Shown here one piece after another: positions 9,777 to 19,428 of a stretch of DNA of 64,000 nt. Each line of letters opens with the position of its first letter. Position 1 is the first letter of the stretch. The notes under the pieces were generated by a model, which did no database searches, was not told the DNA's origin, and saw nothing but the letters and a program-made list of their open reading frames with translations. The stretch comes from Syntrophaceae bacterium UBA2188. Lineage in GTDB: Bacteria; Desulfobacterota; BSN033; UBA1163. The stretch lies in the NCBI GenBank assembly GCA_002327985.1, contig DCVM01000181.1, forward strand, positions 24,528-88,527. Direction: 5' to 3'. The translations under genes were made by a program, and so were the position numbers.

Positions 9777-11354
9777 TTACTTCACATCACTCCATTTCCC
9801 ATATTTTTCTCTTAAAATGCGATGGAGAATTTTTCCAGTGGGGGTCATGGGCATCTCTTCGTCCTTGATGAAATCCACTGTTTTGGGGATTTTGTATCCT
9901 GCAATCTTTCCCCTGCAATGGTCAATAAGCTCCTTTTCGGTCGCTGTCTTTCCCTGATGAAGGGTCACAATCGCCTTTACAGACTCCCCCCATTTTTCAT
10001 GCGGAATCCCGATCACAGCCACATATTTTACCGCAGGATGGGATCCCAAAAGATTCTCTACTTCTGATGGGAAGATATTCTCGCCACCGCTAATGATCAT
10101 ATTCGCTTTTCTATCCACCAAGACATAGTATCCATCTGGATCCCGGCAAGCCATATCCCCTGCTGAGAACCACTCTCCTTGAAAAACGGACTTCGTTTTT
10201 TCCGGATCCTTCCAATATTCCTTAAACACATGGGGAGTCCGCGAATAAAGTTCTCCCACCTCCCCATCCGGTACCTCTTTACCATGTTCATCTAAAATCT
10301 TGATTCGATCGGATCCCCAGATCTCTCTACCAATGGAGCCCAACTTCTTAAATTGTTCTTCGGGTCTGAGGAGGGTTACAAGCCCTGCCTCGGTTGAACC
10401 GTAGGCTTCCCAGAGCTCTGCATTTTTGAAATAATCCATGATGGCCATTTTAGTATCTTTCCGGGCGGGTGCAGAAGAGATCAGGAGTTGTCGCATCGAA
10501 CTTACATCATATTTCTTTTTAATTTCATCGGGTTGAGAAAGAATCATGATGTAATGGGTGGGGACAAGGGAAGTAAAGGTAATCTTCTCCTTTTGAATCG
10601 TTTTCAATAGATCCTCTGGATCGAAGCTGACCATGTTGTAGACAAAAACCCTTGCACTACAATAGGTATAGGTAAATGAATAATAGATTGAATTGATGTG
10701 GCACATTGGCATGACGAGCATGACGCAGTCATCCGGCCGGATGCCCGTATTCATTGCATTGAGAACATATTGGGCAAGATTGTTTTCATGAGTCCGGACA
10801 ACCCCTTTGGGCTTGCCGGTAGTCCCTGAAGTATACATAAGATTCCAGACATCATCTCCATCGACCATTACATCGGGTTCATCGGGTGAGGCTTCTGCAA
10901 TAATTTTTTCATAAGACTGGTAGCCCTCAGGGGTCGGATCATCTCCCCAATAAACATAATTTTCCGGCGGGATGGAAGATAGTTTATTACGAAAGGAATT
11001 AACCGTTGGAACAAAATCTTTTGAGACTAAAAAAGCTTTACATTCTGCATGGTTCACAACATATTCCATTTCAGGAGCTGCAAGACGAAACATAATTGGG
11101 ACGGTGATAAGTCCAGCTTTTGCAGAGGCCGCATAAATCTCCATCCATTCGATACAATTGTATGCCAGGATAGCAAACCGATCTCCTTTTTTTAGTCCCA
11201 TTTTTGTAAAGGCATTGGCTAACCGGCAGCTCCTGTCGTTCCATTCCTTGAAGGTCATCTTCCTGAACTTATCCCCTGCCCCTGGTTTATCAGGATATTG
11301 CGTTGCCATCATCTTAAGAACTGTTCCCGCTGTAATCCATTTACTAATCGTCAT
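9777..11354 (-). CDS. AMP-dependent acyl-CoA synthetase / fatty-acid--CoA ligase
   Basis: 525 aa; AMP-binding signature MYTSGTTGKPKGV; A10 Lys region PKTVDFIKDEEMPMTPTGKI. Confidence 0.75.
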   Translation of the reverse strand: MTISKWITAGTVLKMMATQYPDKPGAGDKFRKMTFKEWNDRSCRLANAFTKMGLKKGDRFAILAYNCIEWMEIYAASAKAGLITVPIMFRLAAPEMEYVVNHAECKAFLVSKDFVPTVNSFRNKLSSIPPENYVYWGDDPTPEGYQSYEKIIAEASPDEPDVMVDGDDVWNLMYTSGTTGKPKGVVRTHENNLAQYVLNAMNTGIRPDDCVMLVMPMCHINSIYYSFTYTYCSARVFVYNMVSFDPEDLLKTIQKEKITFTSLVPTHYIMILSQPDEIKKKYDVSSMRQLLISSAPARKDTKMAIMDYFKNAELWEAYGSTEAGLVTLLRPEEQFKKLGSIGREIWGSDRIKILDEHGKEVPDGEVGELYSRTPHVFKEYWKDPEKTKSVFQGEWFSAGDMACRDPDGYYVLVDRKANMIISGGENIFPSEVENLLGSHPAVKYVAVIGIPHEKWGESVKAIVTLHQGKTATEKELIDHCRGKIAGYKIPKTVDFIKDEEMPMTPTGKILHRILREKYGKWSDVK

Positions 11355-11490
11355 AAATCCACCCCTTTCTTAATCCCAATTCTTCTTCCTAAAGAAAAGA
11401 AAACAGGGATTAATAATTTCTTTTTGTGATTTTTTTTACATTCATTATCATTACGAAATAATTTTGTCAAGGAGAAGTTTTAAAAAAGAC

Positions 11491-11519
11491 TTGTTATTCT
11501 ATGGCTTTTATAGTATATA
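11491..11519 (+). promoter_or_regulatory. candidate sigma70-type promoter for the gcvH-hdr-flx cluster
   Basis: TTGTTA -17 nt- TATATA, about 37 nt upstream of the gcvH-like ATG; RBS AAAGGAGG at 11538-11545. Confidence 0.35.
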
Positions 11520-11555
11520 GGTAGGCATTTAAAAAAGAAAGGAGGATTGGAAAAA

Positions 11556-11975
11556 ATGGAAATCGAAGGATATAACTTTCCAGACGATTTATATTATCAC
11601 AAAGAGCATTTTTGGGCTAAAGTTTCGGGCAATATTGTGATTATGGGCACAACTGATTTCGCCCAGAAATTAGCAGGTCAAATCGTATATATTGAATTAC
11701 CATCTCCAGGTAAAAAGCTTGAACAGGGGAAACCTTGTGGCTCCTTGGAATCCGGTAAATGGGTAGGTAGGGTTTATGCCCCTGTCTCTGGAAAAGTGGA
11801 ATCCACCAACCAAGAACTTGAAGAGACTCCTGAATTAATTAATGAAAACCCTTATGAAAAAGGTTGGATATGTAAAATTAGTCCTTCCAATCTTCAAGAA
11901 GAGCTTAAGAATTTGATGCAGGGAGAAAGTCTGGCGGAATTTATAAAGTCTGAAATCGTTCGAGTGAAAAAGTAA
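11556..11975 (+). CDS. glycine-cleavage H-protein-like lipoyl carrier protein (LbpA-like)
   Basis: 139 aa from the ATG (ORF-track start 11547 is TTG placed 1 nt after the RBS); H-protein motif SLESGKWVGRVYAPVSGKV aligns to ESVKAAS-DVYAPVSG with the lipoyl-Lys conserved. Confidence 0.75.
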   Translation: MEIEGYNFPDDLYYHKEHFWAKVSGNIVIMGTTDFAQKLAGQIVYIELPSPGKKLEQGKPCGSLESGKWVGRVYAPVSGKVESTNQELEETPELINENPYEKGWICKISPSNLQEELKNLMQGESLAEFIKSEIVRVKK

Positions 11976-12044
11976 GAGCAAAAAATAATCCTTCATTGAA
12001 AAATGATGATGCCTATCTTATAAATAATTATACGCTCATCAATC

Positions 12045-12542
12045 ATGATTGATTCTAAGACATTTGATCCCAATTTTAAATTCCTCATCGCCTCGGAACC
12101 AGGCGGAGAGAATATCAACAAATGTTTTTCTTGCGGCACCTGTACGGCAGGATGCCCTGTGAGGGAAGTCACCGACCGTTATAACCCAAGAAGAATTATC
12201 CGAATGGCGATCCTGGGAATGAAAAAAGAAGTCCTTTCAAGTGACTTTATCTGGTTATGTTCCTCTTGCTATACCTGTTACGAAAGATGTCCTCAAAATG
12301 TCAAAATTCCTGAACTGATGAACGCCATTAAAAATATTGCGGTGAAAGAAGGATATCTTCCTTCATCCATCAAGAGTCAATTGGATCTCCTCGCCTCCTT
12401 TGGCCGCCTCTTAGAGGTGACGGACTTTGAAAATGACAAAAGGAAGGATTCAGGTCTTCCACTCTTTCAAAGGCAGACCGAAGATGTGAAGAAGATCTTA
12501 ATCAACCTGGGTCTCTATCGTGAAGAACAGGACAGAGGATAG
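12045..12542 (+). CDS. hdrC: heterodisulfide reductase subunit C-like (2x[4Fe-4S])
   Basis: CFSCGTCTAGCPV and CSSCYTCYERCPQ ferredoxin motifs; 165 aa; followed by hdrB. Confidence 0.8.
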   Translation: MIDSKTFDPNFKFLIASEPGGENINKCFSCGTCTAGCPVREVTDRYNPRRIIRMAILGMKKEVLSSDFIWLCSSCYTCYERCPQNVKIPELMNAIKNIAVKEGYLPSSIKSQLDLLASFGRLLEVTDFENDKRKDSGLPLFQRQTEDVKKILINLGLYREEQDRG

Positions 12543-13440
12543 CCCACAACACGTTGAATATACTCTTTTCCTTGGATGTACGGTTCCTGTCAGAGCCTTG
12601 AATTATGAGATATCGGCGAGGAGGGTAGCTGAAAAACTCGGCCTTCAACTCTCTGATGATCCAGATTTCAGTTGCTGCGGTTACCCCATCAAATCCGTCC
12701 ACCGCTATGGCTATCTTCTTATGGCAGCCCGCAATCTGGCCCTTGCTGAAGAAAAGGGGCTTCCACTCTGTACCCTTTGCAGCGCTTGTTGTGGTTCTCT
12801 CACTGAAGCCAACCATGAGATCAAGGAGAATGAAAAATTACGGAAACAGATCAACGAAGACCTCTTCGAGTGGGTGGGGTTGCACTATGAGGGAGGAGTT
12901 CGAGTCACTCATTTTATTCGAGTCCTAGATCAAGAAGTTGGGAAAAAAAGAATTTCAGAGCAGATCCGAACTGATCTCTCTCCCCTTCGTGTAGCTCCCC
13001 ATTATGGTTGTCACTATACCAAACCCTCCACCATTTACAACAAGACAGAAGATCCAGAGGATCCAAAAAGTTTGGATGAACTGATTAAAGTGACAGGAGC
13101 CCAATCCGTTCAATATGAGGATAAACTCCAGTGTTGCGGGGGGGGGGTGTTGGCTATTGACGAGCAGGTCGCTCTCGCCATGGCTCATCGAAAATTGGAT
13201 CATCTCAAATCCCAGCAGGCAGATGCCATGATCCTCATCTGTCCTTTCTGCAATGTCATGTATGAAGGGAATCAACGTAAAATTGAAAAGTCCTATCAAA
13301 CAGAATATAAAATGCCCATTCTCTATTATCCTCAACTTTTGGGCTTAGCCTTAGGATTTGAACCCAATGATCTGGGGATGAAAATGAACCGCGTGAAAGC
13401 GAATGAGTTGGTGAAGAAGATTAACAGGAGTGCGGATTGA
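12520..13440 (+). CDS. hdrB: heterodisulfide reductase subunit B-like (two CCG domains)
   Basis: CCGYPIK ... CTLCSACCGS and HYGCHYT ... CCGGGV ... CPFCN; 306 aa; GTG start overlapping hdrC. Confidence 0.8.
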   Translation: MKNRTEDSPQHVEYTLFLGCTVPVRALNYEISARRVAEKLGLQLSDDPDFSCCGYPIKSVHRYGYLLMAARNLALAEEKGLPLCTLCSACCGSLTEANHEIKENEKLRKQINEDLFEWVGLHYEGGVRVTHFIRVLDQEVGKKRISEQIRTDLSPLRVAPHYGCHYTKPSTIYNKTEDPEDPKSLDELIKVTGAQSVQYEDKLQCCGGGVLAIDEQVALAMAHRKLDHLKSQQADAMILICPFCNVMYEGNQRKIEKSYQTEYKMPILYYPQLLGLALGFEPNDLGMKMNRVKANELVKKINRSAD

Positions 13441-13441
13441 G

Positions 13442-16400
13442 ATGAGCCAACCACCCAAGGACCCAATTGGAGCGGTATTGGTTGTTGGTGCAGGAATTGG
13501 AGGCATCCAGGCTTCCTTAGACCTGGCGGAGTCGGGGTTTAAAGTCTATCTTTTGGAAAAGAATTTGAGTATTGGCGGGACCATGGCGCAGTTAGATAAG
13601 ACCTTCCCGACCAATGACTGCTCCATGTGTATTATGTCTCCTAAATTGGTGGATGCGGGAAGACACAGGAATATTCAGATCCTCACCAATGCCAAGGTAG
13701 AAAAAGTCGACGGGGTTCCTGGTGATTTTAAAGTTCAAATTCATAAGAAGGCTCGCTATGTCACGATTGAAGACTGCAAGGCATGCGGAGATTGTGTCAA
13801 GGTCTGCCCTATTAAAATTCCCAATGATTACGAACAAGGACTGGTCACCCGCGCCGCCATTTATCAGCTGTTTGCTCAGGCCATGCCGAGTGCTTACGGG
13901 ATTGATAAGAGAGGAATCCCTCCTTGCCGCGCCACCTGCCCTATTCATGTCAATGCTCAAGGGTATATCGCTCTCATTTCAGTCGGTAAGTTTGAAGAGG
14001 CCTTGGCACTGATCAGACAAAAAAATCCATTCCCGGGCATCACGGGCCGGATATGTACCCACCCCTGTGAATCGGTCTGCCGAAGAAAAGACGTCGGTAC
14101 GACTCGAAACCGAGTGGAACGGCCCGTGGCCATTGATGCCCTGAAACGATTCGTCTCGGACTTTGAGAAAGAAGATAAAACTGACCTGACTGTTCCTGAG
14201 GAAAATGGAAAGAAGGTTGCCATCGTGGGTGCAGGTCCTGCAGGCTTGCTGGCTGCCTACGACCTAAGAAAAATGGGCTATGGCGTCACCCTCTTTGAGG
14301 CCCTGCCTGTGCCTGGAGGAATGCTCGCGGTTGGAATTCCAGAATATCGTCTGCCACGGACTGTCCTCAATGAGGAGATCGATTACCTTCTTCGAATGGG
14401 GGTTGAGCTCAAGCTCAATACTCCGATCGGCCCCCATTTTCCCCTTCAAGACCTCAAAGCCAAAGGATATGAGGCCATCTTTATTGCAACGGGTGCCCAC
14501 CAAAGCAGGAAACTTGGACTCGAGGGAGAAGAGTCAAAAGGCATCCTCCATGCTGTCGACTTCCTAAGAAGGGTTGCACTGAGAGAACCGGTCGAGATAG
14601 GTGAAAAAGTAGTGGTGGTGGGAGGCGGGAATGCAGCCATCGATGCCGGCCGAACAGCCTTCCGCCTTAAGGCAAAAGAAGTCACCATCGCCTATCGCCG
14701 AACCCGAGCCGAGATGCCAGCTCAAGAAGAAGAAATCGAAGAGGCAGAGCATGAAGGAATCAAAATCGAATACCTGACTGCCCCAACCCGATTGTTGATC
14801 GAGGGGGGTCAAATAATTGGAATGGAATGCATCCGAATGGCATTGGGTGAAATCGATGAATCGGGTCGGCCTCGGCCAGTTCCCATTTCTGGATCAGAAT
14901 TTAAAATTGAAGCGGATACGATTATCCCAGCCATTAGTCAATCCTCCGACCTGTCTTTCCTCAATCAAAAAGATATTATGAAGACGACTCGGTGGGGGGG
15001 AATTGAAGTAGATCCCCTGACCCTTGAGACCAGCGTGAAAGGTATTTTCGCTGGTGGTGATGTGGTCACCGGTCCCCAGACTTATATCGATGCCATGGGG
15101 GCTGGAAGAAAGGCAGCCATTTCCATTGACCGATATCTGAGAGGAGCAGACCTGAGAGTAGGTCGAGAGGAAGAAGGTCCACAGAAAGACTATATCAAGA
15201 TTGATATCGACGGTGTGGAGTATCGAGAAAGAGCCTCGATGACCGCCATCCCGTTGAATGAAAGAAGAAATTTTAATGAGGTGAACCTCGGGCTGAGAGA
15301 AGAGGATGTGATTCGGGAGGCAGAGCGCTGTCTTCAATGTGGAGGTTGTTCAGAGTGTTTAGAGTGTATCAAAGCCTGTGAGGCAAAGGCCATCGACCAT
15401 GGGATGAAGGATGAACAGTTGGAAATTGAAGTCGGCTCAATCATCCTCTCCCCGGGATTTGATGAGTTCGAACCTTCTTTGAAAAGCGAATACGGCTATG
15501 GACGATTTCCCAACGTCGTTTCAAGCATTGAATTCGAGCGATTCCTTTCAGCCTCTGGACCCTTCAAAGGCCAGGTTCTGAGACCTTCGGATCAGAAACA
15601 CCCCAAAAGTGTGGCATGGATTCAATGTGTGGGATCGAGAGACCCCCATATTGGAAAAGGTTACTGTTCTTCGGTCTGCTGTATGTACGCAACCAAAGAG
15701 GCGGTCATTGCTAAAGAGCATGCCTCGGAAATTGAACCGACGATCTTCTTCATGGATATGAGGGCATATGGAAAGGATTTTGATAAGTACATTGAGAGAG
15801 CAAAAAAGGAATATGGTGTTCGCTATATCCGATCCCGAGTCTCTCATGTCAAAGAGGACCCAAAAACGAATAATCTGACCATCCATTATGAAACCGAAGA
15901 GGGAGAGATGGTTTCTGAGGAGTTTGACCTCGTTGTCCTCTCCGTCGGCCTTGAGCCAACAAGAAGTCATCAGGAGATCGCAAATATTTTTGATATTGAT
16001 CTTAATTCATACGGGTTTGCCGAAACCTCTATCTTCTCCCCTCTTCAAACGTCGAAACCCGGGATCTTTGTTAGCGGCGTCTTTTCCGGCCCGAAAGACG
16101 TTCCTGAAACGGTCGCTCAGGCGAGTGCAGTGGCTGCAGAAGCCTCCTCCCTTCTCGCTAAATCAAAGGGAACATTGGTCGTCGAGAAAGAATATGCTCC
16201 AGAAAAAAATGTGAACTATCAAGGTCCCCGCATTGGTGCTTTCATCTGTCACTGTGGGATCAATATTGGAGGGGTGGTCAATGTCCCAGAGGTCGTCGAA
16301 TATGCACGAACACTCCCTAATGTGGTCCATGTCGAAGGCAACCTCTACACTTGTTCTCAGGACACTCAGGATCAGATGAAAAAGATGATCGAAGAACATC

Positions 16401-17941
16401 AATTGAACCGGGTCGTGGTCGCTTCGTGCACACCTCGAACCCACGAACCCCTGTTCCAGGATACCATCCGTGAGGCAGGGCTTAACCGTTATCTTTTTGA
16501 TATGGCCAATATTCGCGATCAATGTTCATGGGTTCACATGACCCAACCCAAAGAGGCAACAGAAAAAGCAAAGGATCTGGTCAGAATGGCCATCGCCAAA
16601 GCAGCCCTCCTGGACCCTCTTCCCACCCAGACGGTTCAGATGAATCAAAAGGCCCTGGTCATTGGCGGAGGATTGGCGGGAATGACCGCCGCTAAGAAGA
16701 TTGCCCAAGCTGGCTATGAGGTCTATCTGGTTGAAAAAAGATCTGAATTAGGTGGAAAAGCGAGAACGATATACTACACCCTCGATGGCAATAATGTTCA
16801 ATCCCATTTAGAACATCTGATACGAGACGTAGAGAAAAATCCACAAATTCATCTCATGACAAAAACGACCATCGAAAAGATCGATGGATTTGTTGGAAAT
16901 TTCAAAACCAAAGTCCGGAATGGAAACGAAGTGAAAGAACTCGACCACGGAGTCATCATTGTCGCCACTGGGGGAGAGGAATATCGCCCCAAAGAATTCC
17001 TCTATGGCCAAGATTCCCACGTGATCACTCAGAAGGAGTTGGAGGAATGGATTGTCTTCCATCCTAATAAATTAAAGGATCTAAAAAACGTAGCCATGAT
17101 TCAATGTATCGGATCGAGAAATGATGACAGACCTTACTGTAGTCGAATCTGCTGCTCCGAGGCGATCAAAAATGCCTTAAAACTAAAATCCATGAACCCG
17201 AAGCTGAATATTTATATTCTCTATCGTGACATCCGAACCTATGGGTTCAAAGAAGACTATTATGAGAAGGCTCGAGAGGCCGGGATTCTCTTCATCCGTT
17301 ACGAACCAGAGAAGGAACCCCGGCTGGAAGCAGGAGCAGAAGGCCTGGGTGTCGTCGTGCACGAACCCATCCTCCACGATGATCTGCTGATCCAGACCGA
17401 TCTTCTCGTGCTGAGTCCAGGAATCGTCCCCCCCGTCGAAAATGAAACCCTTTCAAAGATGTTGAAAGTTCCCCTCAATCAGGACGGCTTCTTCCTGGAA
17501 GCTCATATGAAACTCAGGCCGGTGGACTTTGCAACAGAGGGAATCTTCCTGGCCGGGCTCGCTCACAGTCCGAAATCGATTGAAGAGAGCATCTCGCAAG
17601 CCAATGCGGCCGTTGCCCGAGCTCTCACTTATCTTTCCAAAACAGAACTTGAGACGATCGGCATCACCTCCGAGGTAGATGAGAGAAAATGTATTGGCTG
17701 TGGTCTCTGCGAAAGTGTCTGCCCTTATCAAGCTATTGAAATCCTGACGAAAAGGACCATCGTAGGAGAAAAACAGGTGGCGCAAATTAACAAAGCTCTT
17801 TGCAAGGGATGCGGCGCTTGCACCGCTTCTTGCCGCTCGGGGTCTATCGATTTGAAAGGATTCACCAACGCAGAGGTGGTTGCCCAGATCACCGAACTGG
17901 CCATAGGATCAATCGGAGAGTCGATGACAGGACAACCATGA
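13442..17941 (+). CDS. hdrL: HdrL-type giant HdrA-like flavoprotein: tandem HdrA modules with an inserted GltD/NfnB-like FAD/NAD(P) domain
   Basis: 1499 aa from ATG 13442 (RBS AACAGGAG). Module 1: GAGIGGIQASLDLAESGFKVYLLEK, DCSMCIM, WIQCVGSRD, CCMYATKEA. Insert: CRATCPIHVNAQGYI, ICTHPCESVCRR, VAIVGAGPAGLLAAYDL. Module 2: LVIGGGLAGMTAAKKIAQAG, MIQCIGSRND, ICCSEAIKNA. C-terminal 2x[4Fe-4S]. Confidence 0.8.
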   Translation: MSQPPKDPIGAVLVVGAGIGGIQASLDLAESGFKVYLLEKNLSIGGTMAQLDKTFPTNDCSMCIMSPKLVDAGRHRNIQILTNAKVEKVDGVPGDFKVQIHKKARYVTIEDCKACGDCVKVCPIKIPNDYEQGLVTRAAIYQLFAQAMPSAYGIDKRGIPPCRATCPIHVNAQGYIALISVGKFEEALALIRQKNPFPGITGRICTHPCESVCRRKDVGTTRNRVERPVAIDALKRFVSDFEKEDKTDLTVPEENGKKVAIVGAGPAGLLAAYDLRKMGYGVTLFEALPVPGGMLAVGIPEYRLPRTVLNEEIDYLLRMGVELKLNTPIGPHFPLQDLKAKGYEAIFIATGAHQSRKLGLEGEESKGILHAVDFLRRVALREPVEIGEKVVVVGGGNAAIDAGRTAFRLKAKEVTIAYRRTRAEMPAQEEEIEEAEHEGIKIEYLTAPTRLLIEGGQIIGMECIRMALGEIDESGRPRPVPISGSEFKIEADTIIPAISQSSDLSFLNQKDIMKTTRWGGIEVDPLTLETSVKGIFAGGDVVTGPQTYIDAMGAGRKAAISIDRYLRGADLRVGREEEGPQKDYIKIDIDGVEYRERASMTAIPLNERRNFNEVNLGLREEDVIREAERCLQCGGCSECLECIKACEAKAIDHGMKDEQLEIEVGSIILSPGFDEFEPSLKSEYGYGRFPNVVSSIEFERFLSASGPFKGQVLRPSDQKHPKSVAWIQCVGSRDPHIGKGYCSSVCCMYATKEAVIAKEHASEIEPTIFFMDMRAYGKDFDKYIERAKKEYGVRYIRSRVSHVKEDPKTNNLTIHYETEEGEMVSEEFDLVVLSVGLEPTRSHQEIANIFDIDLNSYGFAETSIFSPLQTSKPGIFVSGVFSGPKDVPETVAQASAVAAEASSLLAKSKGTLVVEKEYAPEKNVNYQGPRIGAFICHCGINIGGVVNVPEVVEYARTLPNVVHVEGNLYTCSQDTQDQMKKMIEEHQLNRVVVASCTPRTHEPLFQDTIREAGLNRYLFDMANIRDQCSWVHMTQPKEATEKAKDLVRMAIAKAALLDPLPTQTVQMNQKALVIGGGLAGMTAAKKIAQAGYEVYLVEKRSELGGKARTIYYTLDGNNVQSHLEHLIRDVEKNPQIHLMTKTTIEKIDGFVGNFKTKVRNGNEVKELDHGVIIVATGGEEYRPKEFLYGQDSHVITQKELEEWIVFHPNKLKDLKNVAMIQCIGSRNDDRPYCSRICCSEAIKNALKLKSMNPKLNIYILYRDIRTYGFKEDYYEKAREAGILFIRYEPEKEPRLEAGAEGLGVVVHEPILHDDLLIQTDLLVLSPGIVPPVENETLSKMLKVPLNQDGFFLEAHMKLRPVDFATEGIFLAGLAHSPKSIEESISQANAAVARALTYLSKTELETIGITSEVDERKCIGCGLCESVCPYQAIEILTKRTIVGEKQVAQINKALCKGCGACTASCRSGSIDLKGFTNAEVVAQITELAIGSIGESMTGQP

Positions 17942-18426
17942 CCGATCAATGGGAACCCAAGATATTAGCCTTCCTTTGTAACTGGTGTTCTTATGCCGGG
18001 GCAGACCTCGCGGGAACAGCCCGGATTCAGTATCCACCGAACATTCGGGTCATCCGAGTGCCCTGCTCAGGGAGGATCAATCCTCTCTTTATCCTCAAGG
18101 CCCTTCAGAGCGGGATCGACGGAGTGCTGGTTTCTGGCTGTCATCCAGGAGACTGTCATTATCTCAGCGGAAACTATATAGGAAGGAGAAAGTCAGCAAC
18201 CCTGAAACGCTTTCTCGAATACCTCGGCTTCGAGGAGGGCCGGGTTCAGTTCTCCTGGGTCTCTGCCGCAGAAGGAGGTAAGTTTTCCCAGGTCGTGGGA
18301 GAGGTCGTGCAGGATATTAAAAAATTGGGACCCGCCCAGAGATTCGTCAAAAAAGAGGCTCAAGGGTCCCAGGGGTCAAGGGTTCAAGTGAACAGTATAA
18401 AAAAGCTGGGACCCTCGAATCCTTGA
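17938..18426 (+). CDS. mvhD: MvhD/FlxD-like [2Fe-2S] electron-transfer protein
   Basis: ATGA overlap with the hdrL stop; MTDQWEPKILAFLCNWCSYAGADLAG ... RVPCSGR ... GCHPGDCHY classical MvhD motifs. ORF-track start 17800 is rejected because it overlaps hdrL by 141 nt. Confidence 0.8.
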   Translation: MTDQWEPKILAFLCNWCSYAGADLAGTARIQYPPNIRVIRVPCSGRINPLFILKALQSGIDGVLVSGCHPGDCHYLSGNYIGRRKSATLKRFLEYLGFEEGRVQFSWVSAAEGGKFSQVVGEVVQDIKKLGPAQRFVKKEAQGSQGSRVQVNSIKKLGPSNP

Positions 18427-18465
18427 ACCCGTTAGATAATCTTGGAAAGAACATTCGTGTGGGTA

Positions 18466-19428
18466 ATGGAAGAGAGATCGAAGGCAATTCAAGACAGAAT
18501 TAGAGAAAAAGCCAGAGAGCTTCTATTAAACAAAACGGTGGATCTCATCATCGGTTTTGGTGAAGGTTCCTTTCCCCTTCGAACCACACCCAGATTCATT
18601 CGAGATCCTGAAAAAACGGACCGTTTGATCTGGAACTCTTTTTGCGAAAACAACCTGGCCACTTACCTTCATAAATTCAACAAGTTTAAGGTGGGGATCG
18701 TGGTGAAAGGATGTGATGCCCGTTCTGTCATTGCACTTTCTCTCGAAAAAAGGTTTAAACCTGATCAACTGTTTTTAATGGGAGTCCCTTGCCAGAGGAT
18801 GGTGGATCGAAGAAAGGTGAAGCGGGCGGTAAAAGGAGAAATCCTTCGGGCTTTTGAGCAAGGAGACCAGATCGTTGTGGAGGGAGAAGAGTTTAAAACC
18901 ATTTTGAAAAGGGATGACTTTTTTTATCCCTCCTGCCAGGTTTGCATTCATCGAAATCCTATTCAGGCGGACGTGTTAGTCGGAGATCCTGTAGAAGAAT
19001 CTCCTCTTATAGAAATACATCCCGAGATCCAAGAATTTGCAAAGAAATCCGCGGAAGAACGGTGGAAGTATTTTGAGAAAGAGTCCAGCCGTTGTATCCG
19101 TTGCTACGCTTGTCGAGAAGCCTGTCCCATGTGCTATTGCGCGGAATGTTTTGTGGACAGTTCTAACCCAAAGTGGATTGAAAAGAGCTTATCTCCTTCA
19201 GACCTTGAGTTCTATCACATCGTAAGGGCCTATCATCAAACAGGGAGGTGCACGGGTTGCGGTGCCTGTGAAAGAGCCTGTCCTATGGAGATTCGTCTCA
19301 CTTACCTCACGCAGAAATTGAATAGGGACGTAAAAGAACTTTTCAACTATGAAACAGGAATCGATACCAAGACGCTCCCTCCCCTGTCGACTTATGACAT
19401 GGAGGATAAACAGGATTTCATCAAATGA
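18466..19428 (+). CDS. flxC: FlxC-like Fe-S protein (sulfhydrogenase/F420-hydrogenase beta-like, 2x[4Fe-4S])
   Basis: CIRCYACREACPMCYC and CTGCGACERACPM. Start is uncertain: TTG at 18442 or ATG at 18466. Confidence 0.6.
   Translation: MEERSKAIQDRIREKARELLLNKTVDLIIGFGEGSFPLRTTPRFIRDPEKTDRLIWNSFCENNLATYLHKFNKFKVGIVVKGCDARSVIALSLEKRFKPDQLFLMGVPCQRMVDRRKVKRAVKGEILRAFEQGDQIVVEGEEFKTILKRDDFFYPSCQVCIHRNPIQADVLVGDPVEESPLIEIHPEIQEFAKKSAEERWKYFEKESSRCIRCYACREACPMCYCAECFVDSSNPKWIEKSLSPSDLEFYHIVRAYHQTGRCTGCGACERACPMEIRLTYLTQKLNRDVKELFNYETGIDTKTLPPLSTYDMEDKQDFIK

Noticed and set aside
11426-11460. CRP/FNR-like TGTGA ... TTACA and Fur-like TCATTATCATTA sequences upstream of the gcvH-like gene
   Set aside because: The CRP half-sites have the wrong spacing (N5, or a poor second half at N6). 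The Fur-like match covers roughly half of the 19-bp consensus in an AT-rich region, so chance resemblance is likely.
17800-17937. Upstream extension of mvhD (track start 17800), N-terminal extensions of hemL (34658), mnmG (30633), lon (43400), hfq (27893) and dapB (36275)
   Set aside because: The extensions overlap upstream genes or repeat elements and lack RBS. Internal ATGs with good Shine-Dalgarno sequences and family-typical N-termini were preferred.
13592-17949. Many 60-150-aa ORFs on the minus strand, and some on the plus strand in other frames, inside hdrL and other long genes
   Set aside because: They are antisense or overlapping to long, well-supported coding regions, with no motifs; typical spurious ORFs in moderately GC-rich coding DNA.
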